IMG/VR virus record: IMGVR_UViG_3300021399_004696
Reading direction: 5' to 3' (one strand)
Length of the DNA: 64,000 bases
DNA from: an uncultured virus (IMG/VR IMGVR_UViG_3300021399_004696)
Taxonomy: Duplodnaviria; Heunggongvirae; Uroviricota; Caudoviricetes
In this document: positions 39,386-47,889 of the stretch, in pieces
Layout: every line of letters begins with the position of its first letter
How positions within the stretch are numbered: the first letter of the stretch is position 1
Notes under the pieces: generated by a model
Seen by the model: only the letters and a program-made list of their open reading frames with translations
The model's database searches: none
What the model was told of the DNA's origin: nothing
Made by a program: the position numbers and the translations under genes

Positions 39386-40510
39386 ATGAATCAGAACTCA
39401 AAACTATGCGTGTTCATTTCTGAGCACCCGAACAATTGGGGAAAACTACTTTCAGAAAAAAGGATAAGATCGAGAATTAAAGGCAATCTCTGCATTTTTA
39501 ATTATCTTGCTGGAGCGGATTTCTTTGACGAGATCGTAAGAGAAGCGCGCGGGATCATCATTGACCTCGACAGTCTTGAAGTAGTCTGCTGGCCGTTTAC
39601 AAAGTTCGGCAACTGGAACGATCCGTATGTCGATAAGATCGACTGGGCATCAGCTAAGGTGCAGGAAAAGATCGACGGGTCTATCGTTAAATGTTATTTT
39701 TATGGAGGGGAATGGCATTGGGCGTCAAATGCTCATATCGACGCGGCAGATGCTCAGATTGACGGCCTTACAAATCATTCATTTCAGGATCTGATTGAGT
39801 GGGCCGTTAACTATCCCGAAGTTCAGAAGGTGCTGAGCAACACTGAAGATACCTATATTTTCGAGTTGACTTCGCCTTGGAACAGGGTCGTCATACCCCA
39901 GACTAAGACTCTGTTGACTCTTACCGGCATCAGGAATAATAAGACCGGTGAGGAGTATACATATAACGGAACTTTTAATAAGCCTGATGAGTATCCTCTT
40001 ACTTCTTTTGAGGATTGTGTCAAGATGCTCGCTACTTTTAACAAAGGGGCTGACATCAAACACGAAGGTTTTGTAGTTGTCGATAAGGACTTCCATCGCA
40101 TTAAGATCAAGACTGCCGAATATTTCGAATGGCATCACGTTTGGAATAACGGGCTCGGTATATCAAAAAAGCGTGTTGTTAAAATGCTGATGGAAGAAGA
40201 TGCGGATATGATCGAACGTGTAAGTAAGGTTTATCCTCATGCGCATCCTGTAATAGAGCACTATAAAAGTAGCATAGTGGGTCTTACGGAAAAGATCCAG
40301 GCTTTAATGAACGAAGCACGTGCGCTTTATACGGGCGACAACAGGAGAGAGCTTGTTGAAAAGTATAAGGGCAATAGCTTTACGGAGTTTATCTTTCTGG
40401 CTTTAGACCACCCCGAAGAAACCGCATCGGATTTTTTAAGCAAGCTTACGATCGGCAAGCTTTGCGATCTGATCCCCGATTATGAAACAGGAGGTGCCGA
40501 TAATGCCTGA
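39386..40510 (+). CDS. T4 Rnl1-family RNA ligase
   Basis: EARGII, PFTKFGN, EKIDGS (motif I), YIFELTSPWN, EGFVV, RIKIK. Confidence 0.88.
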   Translation: MNQNSKLCVFISEHPNNWGKLLSEKRIRSRIKGNLCIFNYLAGADFFDEIVREARGIIIDLDSLEVVCWPFTKFGNWNDPYVDKIDWASAKVQEKIDGSIVKCYFYGGEWHWASNAHIDAADAQIDGLTNHSFQDLIEWAVNYPEVQKVLSNTEDTYIFELTSPWNRVVIPQTKTLLTLTGIRNNKTGEEYTYNGTFNKPDEYPLTSFEDCVKMLATFNKGADIKHEGFVVVDKDFHRIKIKTAEYFEWHHVWNNGLGISKKRVVKMLMEEDADMIERVSKVYPHAHPVIEHYKSSIVGLTEKIQALMNEARALYTGDNRRELVEKYKGNSFTEFIFLALDHPEETASDFLSKLTIGKLCDLIPDYETGGADNA

Positions 40511-41729
40511 TAACAGTGCCATCCCGATCCCAAACAAAAAGATCACTGCAAAAGATATTACAGGCATCCGCGTAGAATCCGTTCAGAGTCCTGTTAATGT
40601 TCTGACCCCTTCGACAGACAACACCGATATTTTTTATCAGCAGATAGAAGAGTTGAAGACAAGCAAGCGTTTTAACAGGCTGGTCGAAAAGACATATAAT
40701 ACTGTTTCTGCATACATGAAACAAGCCGAGTGTTCCGGCGACGTTTATAATCTGGCGTTTATGTATATAAATGACAACATCTCAAGCCAAGAGATATTTG
40801 ATGCGTGTACGCAAACTTTGCTCAATCCCGGTTTTACCGGTTATGGCGGAGACTATATCATGAATGTAGACGAGCTTCGAGCGTTTATTAAGGCTAAGCC
40901 CGAATTAGCTGCCAAGGTCTCGGCAGAAGCGTTTAGCGATACGGTTTTTCAGCGTGTTAATCTGTTCTTCCTCGATAACGGGTTTGATCAAGAGAGTTTT
41001 GTTACTAAATGTACATTACCATCCGATAATCAAAGTGTTGAAAAATTTATAGAAGACTATATCAATATATGTTGCCTCGAACTACAGGTTGCTTGTGCGC
41101 TCAACAGCTCAGGCGTCAGAACAGTAGTTAAGACAACGGCTCCCGATAAGGATAAAACAGACGCTAAAATAACACAGCTTGAGCAGGTAGTTGCCAAGAC
41201 CAGATCCGAACTTAATGCTAAAGACAATAAGATAAAGGAACTGGAGCAGGTTATTGCAGATCTGGAAAGTCACGACGAACAGATCGCAGATCTGGAAAGG
41301 CAGCTTCAAAAGGCAAAGCAGAGGGAAGAAAAGCTTACCGAGAAGTATAACGCTCTTAAGGCTAAAGCGGGCGAAGGCAATAACTCTGACGGCGAGTCTG
41401 AAATGGAAACGAACGCCCCTGCTTTTTCTTCAGAATCCAAGGTCCTTTTTGTTTGTGATGAGCCTACTAACAGTGGGGAGGAGCGTTCCATCAGTAAGAT
41501 CGTAGCCAAATTCCCGAACGGGAAGTGGTGTTCTGACATTGAAAAAGTGTCTTTGGATCTATATGAGATCGTAGTTATCTTGACTAAGTATACTTCTCAC
41601 GCCACTTACTACAAGATCATTAACGTGTGTAACAGAAAGAAGATGGAAATACTTCATATACCGCATGTTAACGCGGATCGAGTAATGCAGGAAGTTATCA
41701 ATAAAGAGTCTTTCACCAGCTATGACTAA
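40503..41729 (+). CDS. coiled-coil protein with C-terminal DUF2325-like domain
   Basis: Heptad repeats; IVVILTKYTSHA..YKI...C motif. Confidence 0.65.
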   Translation: MPDNSAIPIPNKKITAKDITGIRVESVQSPVNVLTPSTDNTDIFYQQIEELKTSKRFNRLVEKTYNTVSAYMKQAECSGDVYNLAFMYINDNISSQEIFDACTQTLLNPGFTGYGGDYIMNVDELRAFIKAKPELAAKVSAEAFSDTVFQRVNLFFLDNGFDQESFVTKCTLPSDNQSVEKFIEDYINICCLELQVACALNSSGVRTVVKTTAPDKDKTDAKITQLEQVVAKTRSELNAKDNKIKELEQVIADLESHDEQIADLERQLQKAKQREEKLTEKYNALKAKAGEGNNSDGESEMETNAPAFSSESKVLFVCDEPTNSGEERSISKIVAKFPNGKWCSDIEKVSLDLYEIVVILTKYTSHATYYKIINVCNRKKMEILHIPHVNADRVMQEVINKESFTSYD

Positions 41730-41747
41730 AATTAAAGGAGATATATC

Positions 41748-42779
41748 ATGAAGATCGTTAATGCATCGGCAAAATATTTAAACGCAAGCACACTTCATCC
41801 GTATGCTTTTATGGAGATGGCCGGGCGTACCTGCTATAAGTCTAATGACAACATTACGGATACGAGCGCGGTTAAGTTTGTTCAGGGACTTCAGAAGTCC
41901 GGGCATACAGCTATGCTCGAACATGCACATATCATTCTTAATGTAGGGCGTACGACCCTCATCAGATTCTTGGATGAACTGAGGATCAATGATGTATTTG
42001 CCGGTACTTGTCTCAGCGGGTTCGAGAACGATTTTACGCCGATCCGTTCCGGTAATTATCTGTCTTTCACGATCGACGCGCATGTTTCTGTTATTTCGGG
42101 GTCTTTCCGTGCTTTTTTGAATCTGTATGATCTTGATAAGTATTCATATTCTTTAGCTATAAAGAGCGTTTTAGGGGCCCTGCACGATTATTACCCCGAA
42201 ATCTTTGATAAAGATTACGGTTTAAATGAGATTGATCGGAAGTGTATAAATCTTATGTCTCGTCAGGACTTTGTTGATTATGTACACAAGCGCTGTTCGG
42301 ATAAAGACAGGGCTGACGCCATTATCAGAAAGCATCTAACGCATACGATCCTGTTTACTTGTGACAGAGGTGTCAGCCATGAATTCGTAAGACATCGCGT
42401 ATGCAGTTTTGCTCAGGAGTCGACTCGTTACTGTAACTACAGTAAAGATAAGTTCGGTAACGAGATAACAGTAATTGAACCCTGTTTCTGGGAAAAGGGA
42501 AGTACTCAGTATGCCTTATGGGAGCAATCCTGCAAGGAATCTGAAAAGGCGTATTTCCAGCTGATGGCCGTAGAGGGCGTTAAAGCTCAAGAGGCAAGGA
42601 GTGTCCTTCCTAATTCTCTCAAAACCGAGTTGATCATTACGGCGACTGAAGAGGAATGGCAGCATATTATCAATCTTCGTTATCACGGAACTACAGGGGC
42701 GCCCCATCCTCAGATGGTAGAAGTTATGGCAAAGGCGTATCCGATGTTACAGGGTTTTTCGGACGGCAGGCTGAAGTAA
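41748..42779 (+). CDS. thyX: FAD-dependent thymidylate synthase
   Basis: GHTAMLEH, RHRVCSFAQESTRY, ARSVLP, HPQM. Confidence 0.93.
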   Translation: MKIVNASAKYLNASTLHPYAFMEMAGRTCYKSNDNITDTSAVKFVQGLQKSGHTAMLEHAHIILNVGRTTLIRFLDELRINDVFAGTCLSGFENDFTPIRSGNYLSFTIDAHVSVISGSFRAFLNLYDLDKYSYSLAIKSVLGALHDYYPEIFDKDYGLNEIDRKCINLMSRQDFVDYVHKRCSDKDRADAIIRKHLTHTILFTCDRGVSHEFVRHRVCSFAQESTRYCNYSKDKFGNEITVIEPCFWEKGSTQYALWEQSCKESEKAYFQLMAVEGVKAQEARSVLPNSLKTELIITATEEEWQHIINLRYHGTTGAPHPQMVEVMAKAYPMLQGFSDGRLK

Positions 42780-42806
42780 TCGATAATAAAGAAAGGGTAT
42801 ATATCA

Positions 42807-43148
42807 ATGAAAAAGATAATCAACAGTATTTTGACCGCAACGCTTATCGCTATGTCAATAGCAGGGTGTACAACAGGGAACTCGTTAAATGACAGAGAAC
42901 CCGAGGTTACAGAAGAGGCGATCGAATCTATTGCCGTTGGGCATGAAGTCATTTCAGAGCATACAGATCCTCACTCTGAAGAGCCGAACCTGGAACCCAG
43001 ACACTCCCGCTTTGAAGAACATTATAATGAGCCTGAAAGCGAAGAGGAAGAAGCAACAGGCAACGACGCCGAAACGGAAGCCGCAGTTTGTGCATATTTT
43101 GCACAGCTCATTAAACCCGAAAAGATGCCTGTGCCCAGAAAACTTTAA
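42807..43148 (+). CDS. putative lipoprotein
   Basis: Lipobox IAGC. Confidence 0.6.
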   Translation: MKKIINSILTATLIAMSIAGCTTGNSLNDREPEVTEEAIESIAVGHEVISEHTDPHSEEPNLEPRHSRFEEHYNEPESEEEEATGNDAETEAAVCAYFAQLIKPEKMPVPRKL

Positions 43149-43160
43149 GGAGGGAAGATA

Positions 43161-43517
43161 ATGAAGATCAAGGAATATAAGAGTCGCACGGCCTGGTGGA
43201 TTGCAGCACTGAGCACCGTTATTTACGGATACTGGGTAATACTGTCTATCGCAGCATCGGTATTTGCGGTCATATCTGTTAAGCAAAAATATGATGAATA
43301 CCAGCATCTGGTAGCACAGTATGGAAAGGAAGCATTGGAATACTACAAGATCAGCGCTGTTACCACGCAAACCGTTGCTACCGATATACTCTATATAGCG
43401 ATCGCAGCAATATCGTCTTTGTTTATTTCAACACTATTGTTTTTGGCAATGCGCGGATTTACGTTAGTCGTTGAAGATCACTATAGAAATCTGACAAGCA
43501 AGAAGGAAACGAAATGA
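43161..43517 (+). CDS. membrane protein (two TM segments)
   Basis: AAGGAGG SD. Confidence 0.65.
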   Translation: MKIKEYKSRTAWWIAALSTVIYGYWVILSIAASVFAVISVKQKYDEYQHLVAQYGKEALEYYKISAVTTQTVATDILYIAIAAISSLFISTLLFLAMRGFTLVVEDHYRNLTSKKETK

Positions 43518-44155
43518 TCACTATTCCTATTGATAAGTATCCATACTACGAAGATCAGAAGATGTATGATACCGAGGAAATTATTTTAAAGCCCGGCATC
43601 AACAGTCTGGTCGGTTGTAACGGGTCGGGCAAAACCACTTTTATAGACGAGATGTTACAATCGGAGCTAAAGAAAAAACAGATTGATTATCATCTATATA
43701 ACGATCGCAGACAGGGTGGCACAGGCCTTGCGGAAAAGCGCATGTTGTATGACGATATCTCCGGTTTTGCACGGATGATGACCGCATCTGAAGGGGAGAG
43801 GCTGGTAGAAGGTCTTGCGGATCAATTGGATAAACTTCGAGGCTTTTTTCATCGCAATCAGGGCAAAAATTTTGTCTTGATCTTTGATGCGATCGATTCC
43901 GGAATGTCGGTAGATGAGATCATCGAAATTCGTGATCTGTTTTTAGATCTTGTTATTCCGGACGCCAAACAATCTTTTGATTGTGAACTTTATATAGTAG
44001 TGGCAGCCAATAATTTTGAATGGTGTAACAGCTCGAAGATCAATAATATTGACATTATCACCGGAAAAATCTTGGGTGAAATGACCTATGATCAGTATGT
44101 CAAACAGATCATTGATTCCAGAGAATATAAAAACACCAGGTCGGAGGGGGACTAA
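43514..44155 (+). CDS. ABC/AAA-type P-loop ATPase
   Basis: GCNGSGKT, SEGE signature, LIFDAIDSG Walker B. Confidence 0.8.
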   Translation: MITIPIDKYPYYEDQKMYDTEEIILKPGINSLVGCNGSGKTTFIDEMLQSELKKKQIDYHLYNDRRQGGTGLAEKRMLYDDISGFARMMTASEGERLVEGLADQLDKLRGFFHRNQGKNFVLIFDAIDSGMSVDEIIEIRDLFLDLVIPDAKQSFDCELYIVVAANNFEWCNSSKINNIDIITGKILGEMTYDQYVKQIIDSREYKNTRSEGD

Positions 44156-44157
44156 GC

Positions 44158-44571
44158 ATGGGCGTTTGTTTACACAGCGAAGATCGCGCATATGAAATGG
44201 ATATGGGGTATGGAACATTTTTCCATTTAAGGTCGGTTATAGCAGGCAAACTTGACAGCGAGTTCGGGGCCTTATATACGTCAATACCTAAGTGCCGTTC
44301 AAAGGATGATTATGATGAATTAAACGCTAAAATGAATCAGGTAATAGCCGATAAAAAATTAGAAGCTGTTGCAGACGTGCTGGATTTTTTGTTCGCTTCG
44401 GATTGCGAAGGAGAGATTTCAACTCAAGCTTGCGGTAAAATATTTGAGTTGGTTAAAGACTATTCCGATAATATGATGTACGGGTATCAGGGTACTAACA
44501 ACTCTTTTGAAGATTTTAAGCAGATGCTTAAGGAATGTAATGATACGGGGCAAAAGGTAATATGGAGCTGA
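44158..44571 (+). CDS. hypothetical protein
   Basis: GGAGG SD; FLFASDCEG motif. Confidence 0.7.
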   Translation: MGVCLHSEDRAYEMDMGYGTFFHLRSVIAGKLDSEFGALYTSIPKCRSKDDYDELNAKMNQVIADKKLEAVADVLDFLFASDCEGEISTQACGKIFELVKDYSDNMMYGYQGTNNSFEDFKQMLKECNDTGQKVIWS

Positions 44572-44583
44572 TCAAAACAGCTT

Positions 44584-44614
44584 CCGGGACTTGGGGTTCT
44601 TTTCGTGTGATAAT
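44584..44614 (+). promoter_or_regulatory. CCGGG-N20 promoter
   Basis: CCGGG 44584, GATAAT 44609. Confidence 0.75.
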
Positions 44615-44641
44615 CGAATTAACAGAAAGGAGACAAGCCCT

Positions 44642-45088
44642 ATGATCAAGATTAGACTTAAAAGAGCAGGCGTAAATCCCGGGCGTTGGGATGATGAGCT
44701 TTTTGTAGATTTTACATATCGTGCTCCGGCAATGGCGATCCTGGATCTGGATCGTATCGTTCGTACTTTCAATTTAAGAGATTATTCGAGCGTTTCCATA
44801 TATAACGTTAACGACAACAGGGTAGAAGCCATAATTCCGATCCACGAAGGACGTAAGCTTCCCGTAATCATGGAGGGGGCTTTGGTTAAATACAGCGAGC
44901 CTACAACCGAATACGAAGAAAACCAGATCTTTTTAGTTCGTAATATCAGTGATGTTACCGGATCGGTTCAAATAGAAAATCTTACATCTCCTCTAAGTAT
45001 AGGCCGGCCGATAATGACTGTTCATCTATATGATGTCGAACCTTATGTCGATGTCGATAAAAAGATAGAGATCTATACGACCGCTTAA
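44642..45088 (+). CDS. hypothetical protein
   Basis: AAGGAG SD. Confidence 0.7.
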   Translation: MIKIRLKRAGVNPGRWDDELFVDFTYRAPAMAILDLDRIVRTFNLRDYSSVSIYNVNDNRVEAIIPIHEGRKLPVIMEGALVKYSEPTTEYEENQIFLVRNISDVTGSVQIENLTSPLSIGRPIMTVHLYDVEPYVDVDKKIEIYTTA

Positions 45089-45169
45089 GTTCTTCAAAGT
45101 AAAGTAACACTATCAAGGCGTGTGATGAGCACGCCTTTTATACAATCTGTAAAAAGGAGGATTTGTTAT

Positions 45170-45523
45170 ATGAGTCTGGTTTTACAATTTCGTTGTACGG
45201 TTAATATGGACGTTACCGAACCCTATATCGACAAGCTTATTTTCGAAAAAGATGACGGAACCTTCTTAAAAGTCGGCAGCACATACCACGAGAGTGAAGT
45301 GTTTAATGATATCTGTTATTCCAATTGGAACGGGTTGTATTATCTTAATGGTAAGAACGAATTCTGTGATATTACCTCAGCACAGATGTTTGAAGACGTA
45401 ACTCTTATCGGGGTTGAATATAACGAAAATGCCCCTAATGGATATAATGTTGAAATGTCTCGTTGCGGAGTGTTTTCCGATTACCATCCGATTAACGTCA
45501 GAGTTTTGGATAGGGGGCTTTAA
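45170..45523 (+). CDS. orphan, C-terminus DRGL
   Basis: AAGGAGG SD. Confidence 0.75.
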   Translation: MSLVLQFRCTVNMDVTEPYIDKLIFEKDDGTFLKVGSTYHESEVFNDICYSNWNGLYYLNGKNEFCDITSAQMFEDVTLIGVEYNENAPNGYNVEMSRCGVFSDYHPINVRVLDRGL

Positions 45524-45600
45524 TATGGAAGAATGCGGAAAACTTTTGATGGTTGCACAATACTGAAGAACTTGGAATGAATTAAAGAGTGAGGTTTACT

Positions 45601-46110
45601 ATGAGCAACAAAAAGTACAAGGATATTTTTGATAAAGAGCTTTCAACCTATTTAACTGAAATATTTAAAAGTGCCGATAAATTTATCGCACTGACAGGCA
45701 TGAGAGGGCGCGCGGATGATGAAGATATCGGTGAAGATGAAGACTTAGGTTACGTTCTTCCTAACGTTAAAGAAGTGGATTGTGACCACGATCTTTTAGA
45801 GGATCTCAGTTGTATTCAAGGGGACCTTGGTTATTATTTGCAGGTAGGATATGCAGAACCTGAAGACAGATCGTATGAGACCATATATTCGAGTAATGAA
45901 CTGTTTGAGCTGCTGATGAATGTGTACAATAATGCAGAGAGGTTTATCCAGGCAACCGGATTGGAGTATCGGGTTGATATGGACTTTGAAGGATATGTAG
46001 TCCCCAATGTCGAAGATTGCGACGGGTACCACGACGTATTTGAAGACATCCGATGTGCAAGAGACGATATTAAGTTCTTTTTGAGGATATCTCCTGAACA
46101 CGAAATATAA
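45601..46110 (+). CDS. acidic orphan with internal duplication, C-terminus EHEI
   Basis: Two copies of A.xFI..TG...GYV.PNV...D..HD..ED..C. Confidence 0.75.
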   Translation: MSNKKYKDIFDKELSTYLTEIFKSADKFIALTGMRGRADDEDIGEDEDLGYVLPNVKEVDCDHDLLEDLSCIQGDLGYYLQVGYAEPEDRSYETIYSSNELFELLMNVYNNAERFIQATGLEYRVDMDFEGYVVPNVEDCDGYHDVFEDIRCARDDIKFFLRISPEHEI

Positions 46111-46136
46111 GTAGCCTTATTCTTTAATGCGTTTTG

Positions 46137-46167
46137 CCGGGCTTCGCTTCTTTTAGTCTGCGATAAT
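46137..46167 (+). promoter_or_regulatory. CCGGG-N20 promoter
   Basis: CCGGG 46137, GATAAT 46162. Confidence 0.75.
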
Positions 46168-46209
46168 CTAAGTATAAGAAGAACACAAGATATTAAAGGA
46201 GGCGTTTTC

Positions 46210-46416
46210 ATGGGCAAGATTGCCGATATTATTTATAGAGAACTAAGCTATATGTACTGCGATAATTGCAGACATAGTAAGAATCCGATTGACGAATACG
46301 GTGTTGATCACTGTGAAGATTGCCATCGAAAGCATAACGGTTGGGGTGTTTCAAAGGCCGAAGCTGACCGTATCGAAAAGCTGTGTGAAGAAGAGGAGGG
46401 TAAAGCAGGTGAGTAG
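46210..46416 (+). CDS. small Cys-rich protein
   Basis: AAGGAGG SD; two CxxC motifs. Confidence 0.65.
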   Translation: MGKIADIIYRELSYMYCDNCRHSKNPIDEYGVDHCEDCHRKHNGWGVSKAEADRIEKLCEEEEGKAGE

Positions 46417-46606
46417 CTATATCGCCAACATTCATTGTGAAAAGTGCGGTAAACTTTTAACTTCGATACGCGCTTTTCATGAACCCTCGTCCGCATGGTT
46501 TGTACCGCAGGACATTGTGGAAAAAGATTTTAGGATCGACAGCCAGTTTTGTCAGGGTTGTTTAAACGGCAGAGGAGAAAACGATGGAAAAGAAAAGGGT
46601 TCTTGA
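46409..46606 (+). CDS. small Cys-rich protein
   Basis: GTG after GAGGAGG; two CxxC motifs. Confidence 0.5.
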   Translation: MSSYIANIHCEKCGKLLTSIRAFHEPSSAWFVPQDIVEKDFRIDSQFCQGCLNGRGENDGKEKGS

Positions 46607-46784
46607 TAAGTCTAAGAAGTCAAACATTAAGTGTGAGAATTGTAAATACTACCAGCCGGCGGATAGCGGTAAAAACTATTTCGGCTACAACGATTCCTAC
46701 GGCTGTGTTCACGCGGAAAGCCCTAAGTATAACAGACCGGTTAATTACTGGAATCGCTGCAAGCATTTTGACTGGAAAGCGTAG
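46584..46784 (+). CDS. small Cys-rich protein
   Basis: GAGGAG SD; CENC...C...C. Confidence 0.65.
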   Translation: MEKKRVLDKSKKSNIKCENCKYYQPADSGKNYFGYNDSYGCVHAESPKYNRPVNYWNRCKHFDWKA

Positions 46785-46805
46785 GTAGATCGCATAACCC
46801 CATTA

Positions 46806-46836
46806 CCGGGATGCGTTTTGTGGCTTTGGGTACAAT
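46806..46836 (+). promoter_or_regulatory. CCGGG-N20 promoter
   Basis: CCGGG 46806, TACAAT 46831. Confidence 0.75.
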
Positions 46837-46868
46837 CTAATCAATAAATAAGTTAGAGAGGTGTTAGT

Positions 46869-47123
46869 ATGGCAAATGAAAATCTTAACAACAAGGCAGT
46901 AGATCATCCTTCGTATTATGGTGGGGATAACAACCCGTATGAAGCCATTAAGGTCATCGAAGCGTGGGATCTTGGCTTTTGTTTGGGGAATACGGTCAAA
47001 TATATTTCCAGAGCAGGGAAGAAGAATCCTGAAAAAGAAATAGAGGATCTGGAAAAGGCAGCTTGGTATTTGAACAGACACATCGAAGGACTTAAGAAAA
47101 ATCGTTCTTCGGATGCTGTTTAA
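46869..47123 (+). CDS. DUF3310-family protein
   Basis: VDHPSYY...FCLGNTVKYISRAGKK...EDLEKAAWYL. Confidence 0.85.
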   Translation: MANENLNNKAVDHPSYYGGDNNPYEAIKVIEAWDLGFCLGNTVKYISRAGKKNPEKEIEDLEKAAWYLNRHIEGLKKNRSSDAV

Positions 47124-47166
47124 AGCACAAATATCCCGCCTCCCCGGAAAAGAAAGGAAAGGAATA

Positions 47167-47736
47167 ATGCAGAAGTTTTATATTGCTGATACCCACTTCG
47201 GACATCAGAACATTATCAGATTTGATAACCGTCCTTGGTTTGATACTTCATCCATGGAAGACGACATGATCGCTTTATGGAACGAGAGGGTCACCAAAGC
47301 CGACGAAGTATATATCCTCGGCGATTTCTGTTGGGGAACCGCAGAGGACTGGAAGAGGATCTTACCAAAGCTTCGAGGTAAGAAGCACCTTATCAGGGGC
47401 AACCACGACCTGAGACAGATCCCGCAGGATGTAAGGTGTTTCTTTGTCAGCGTCTCTGATTACAAGGAGACGCGCGACGGGGATCTTTCCATTTGTATGA
47501 GTCACTATCCGATGCTGTCGTATCGACACGACCGCAACCCTGATATTCATATGTTTTACGGCCATGTCCACAATACTGCCGAATACAAGGCTATCAGGGA
47601 AGCAGCTAAGACCTTCAAGGATACTTGTATCGCTTCGGGGTTTGACTCTTATCAGGGCAATCTTCATAACTGCTGGTGCGGTTTTTACGGCTGGGCGCCG
47701 GCGACTGCAGAAGAGATCATCAACAGCGACCATTAA
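47167..47736 (+). CDS. calcineurin-like metallophosphoesterase
   Basis: ADTHFGH, LGDF, RGNHD, SHYP, YGHVH. Confidence 0.88.
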   Translation: MQKFYIADTHFGHQNIIRFDNRPWFDTSSMEDDMIALWNERVTKADEVYILGDFCWGTAEDWKRILPKLRGKKHLIRGNHDLRQIPQDVRCFFVSVSDYKETRDGDLSICMSHYPMLSYRHDRNPDIHMFYGHVHNTAEYKAIREAAKTFKDTCIASGFDSYQGNLHNCWCGFYGWAPATAEEIINSDH

Positions 47737-47839
47737 GCTTTAGCCCGAACTGAAATTTTGCCGAAAGCACCTTGCTTTTTTCCGACATCTCTTTCTCTTT
47801 TTCTCGTAACTTGTCGGAGGAAACAAGGTGTTTTTGTGT

Positions 47840-47883
47840 GTAACACATGGCTCCGGGTGCTTTCTTATTATTTATTTAATAAT
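47840..47883 (+). promoter_or_regulatory. GTAACAC box plus CCGGG-N20 promoter of the RecD2 gene
   Basis: GTAACAC 47840, CCGGG 47853, AATAAT 47878. Confidence 0.75.
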
Positions 47884-47889
47884 AAAGCC

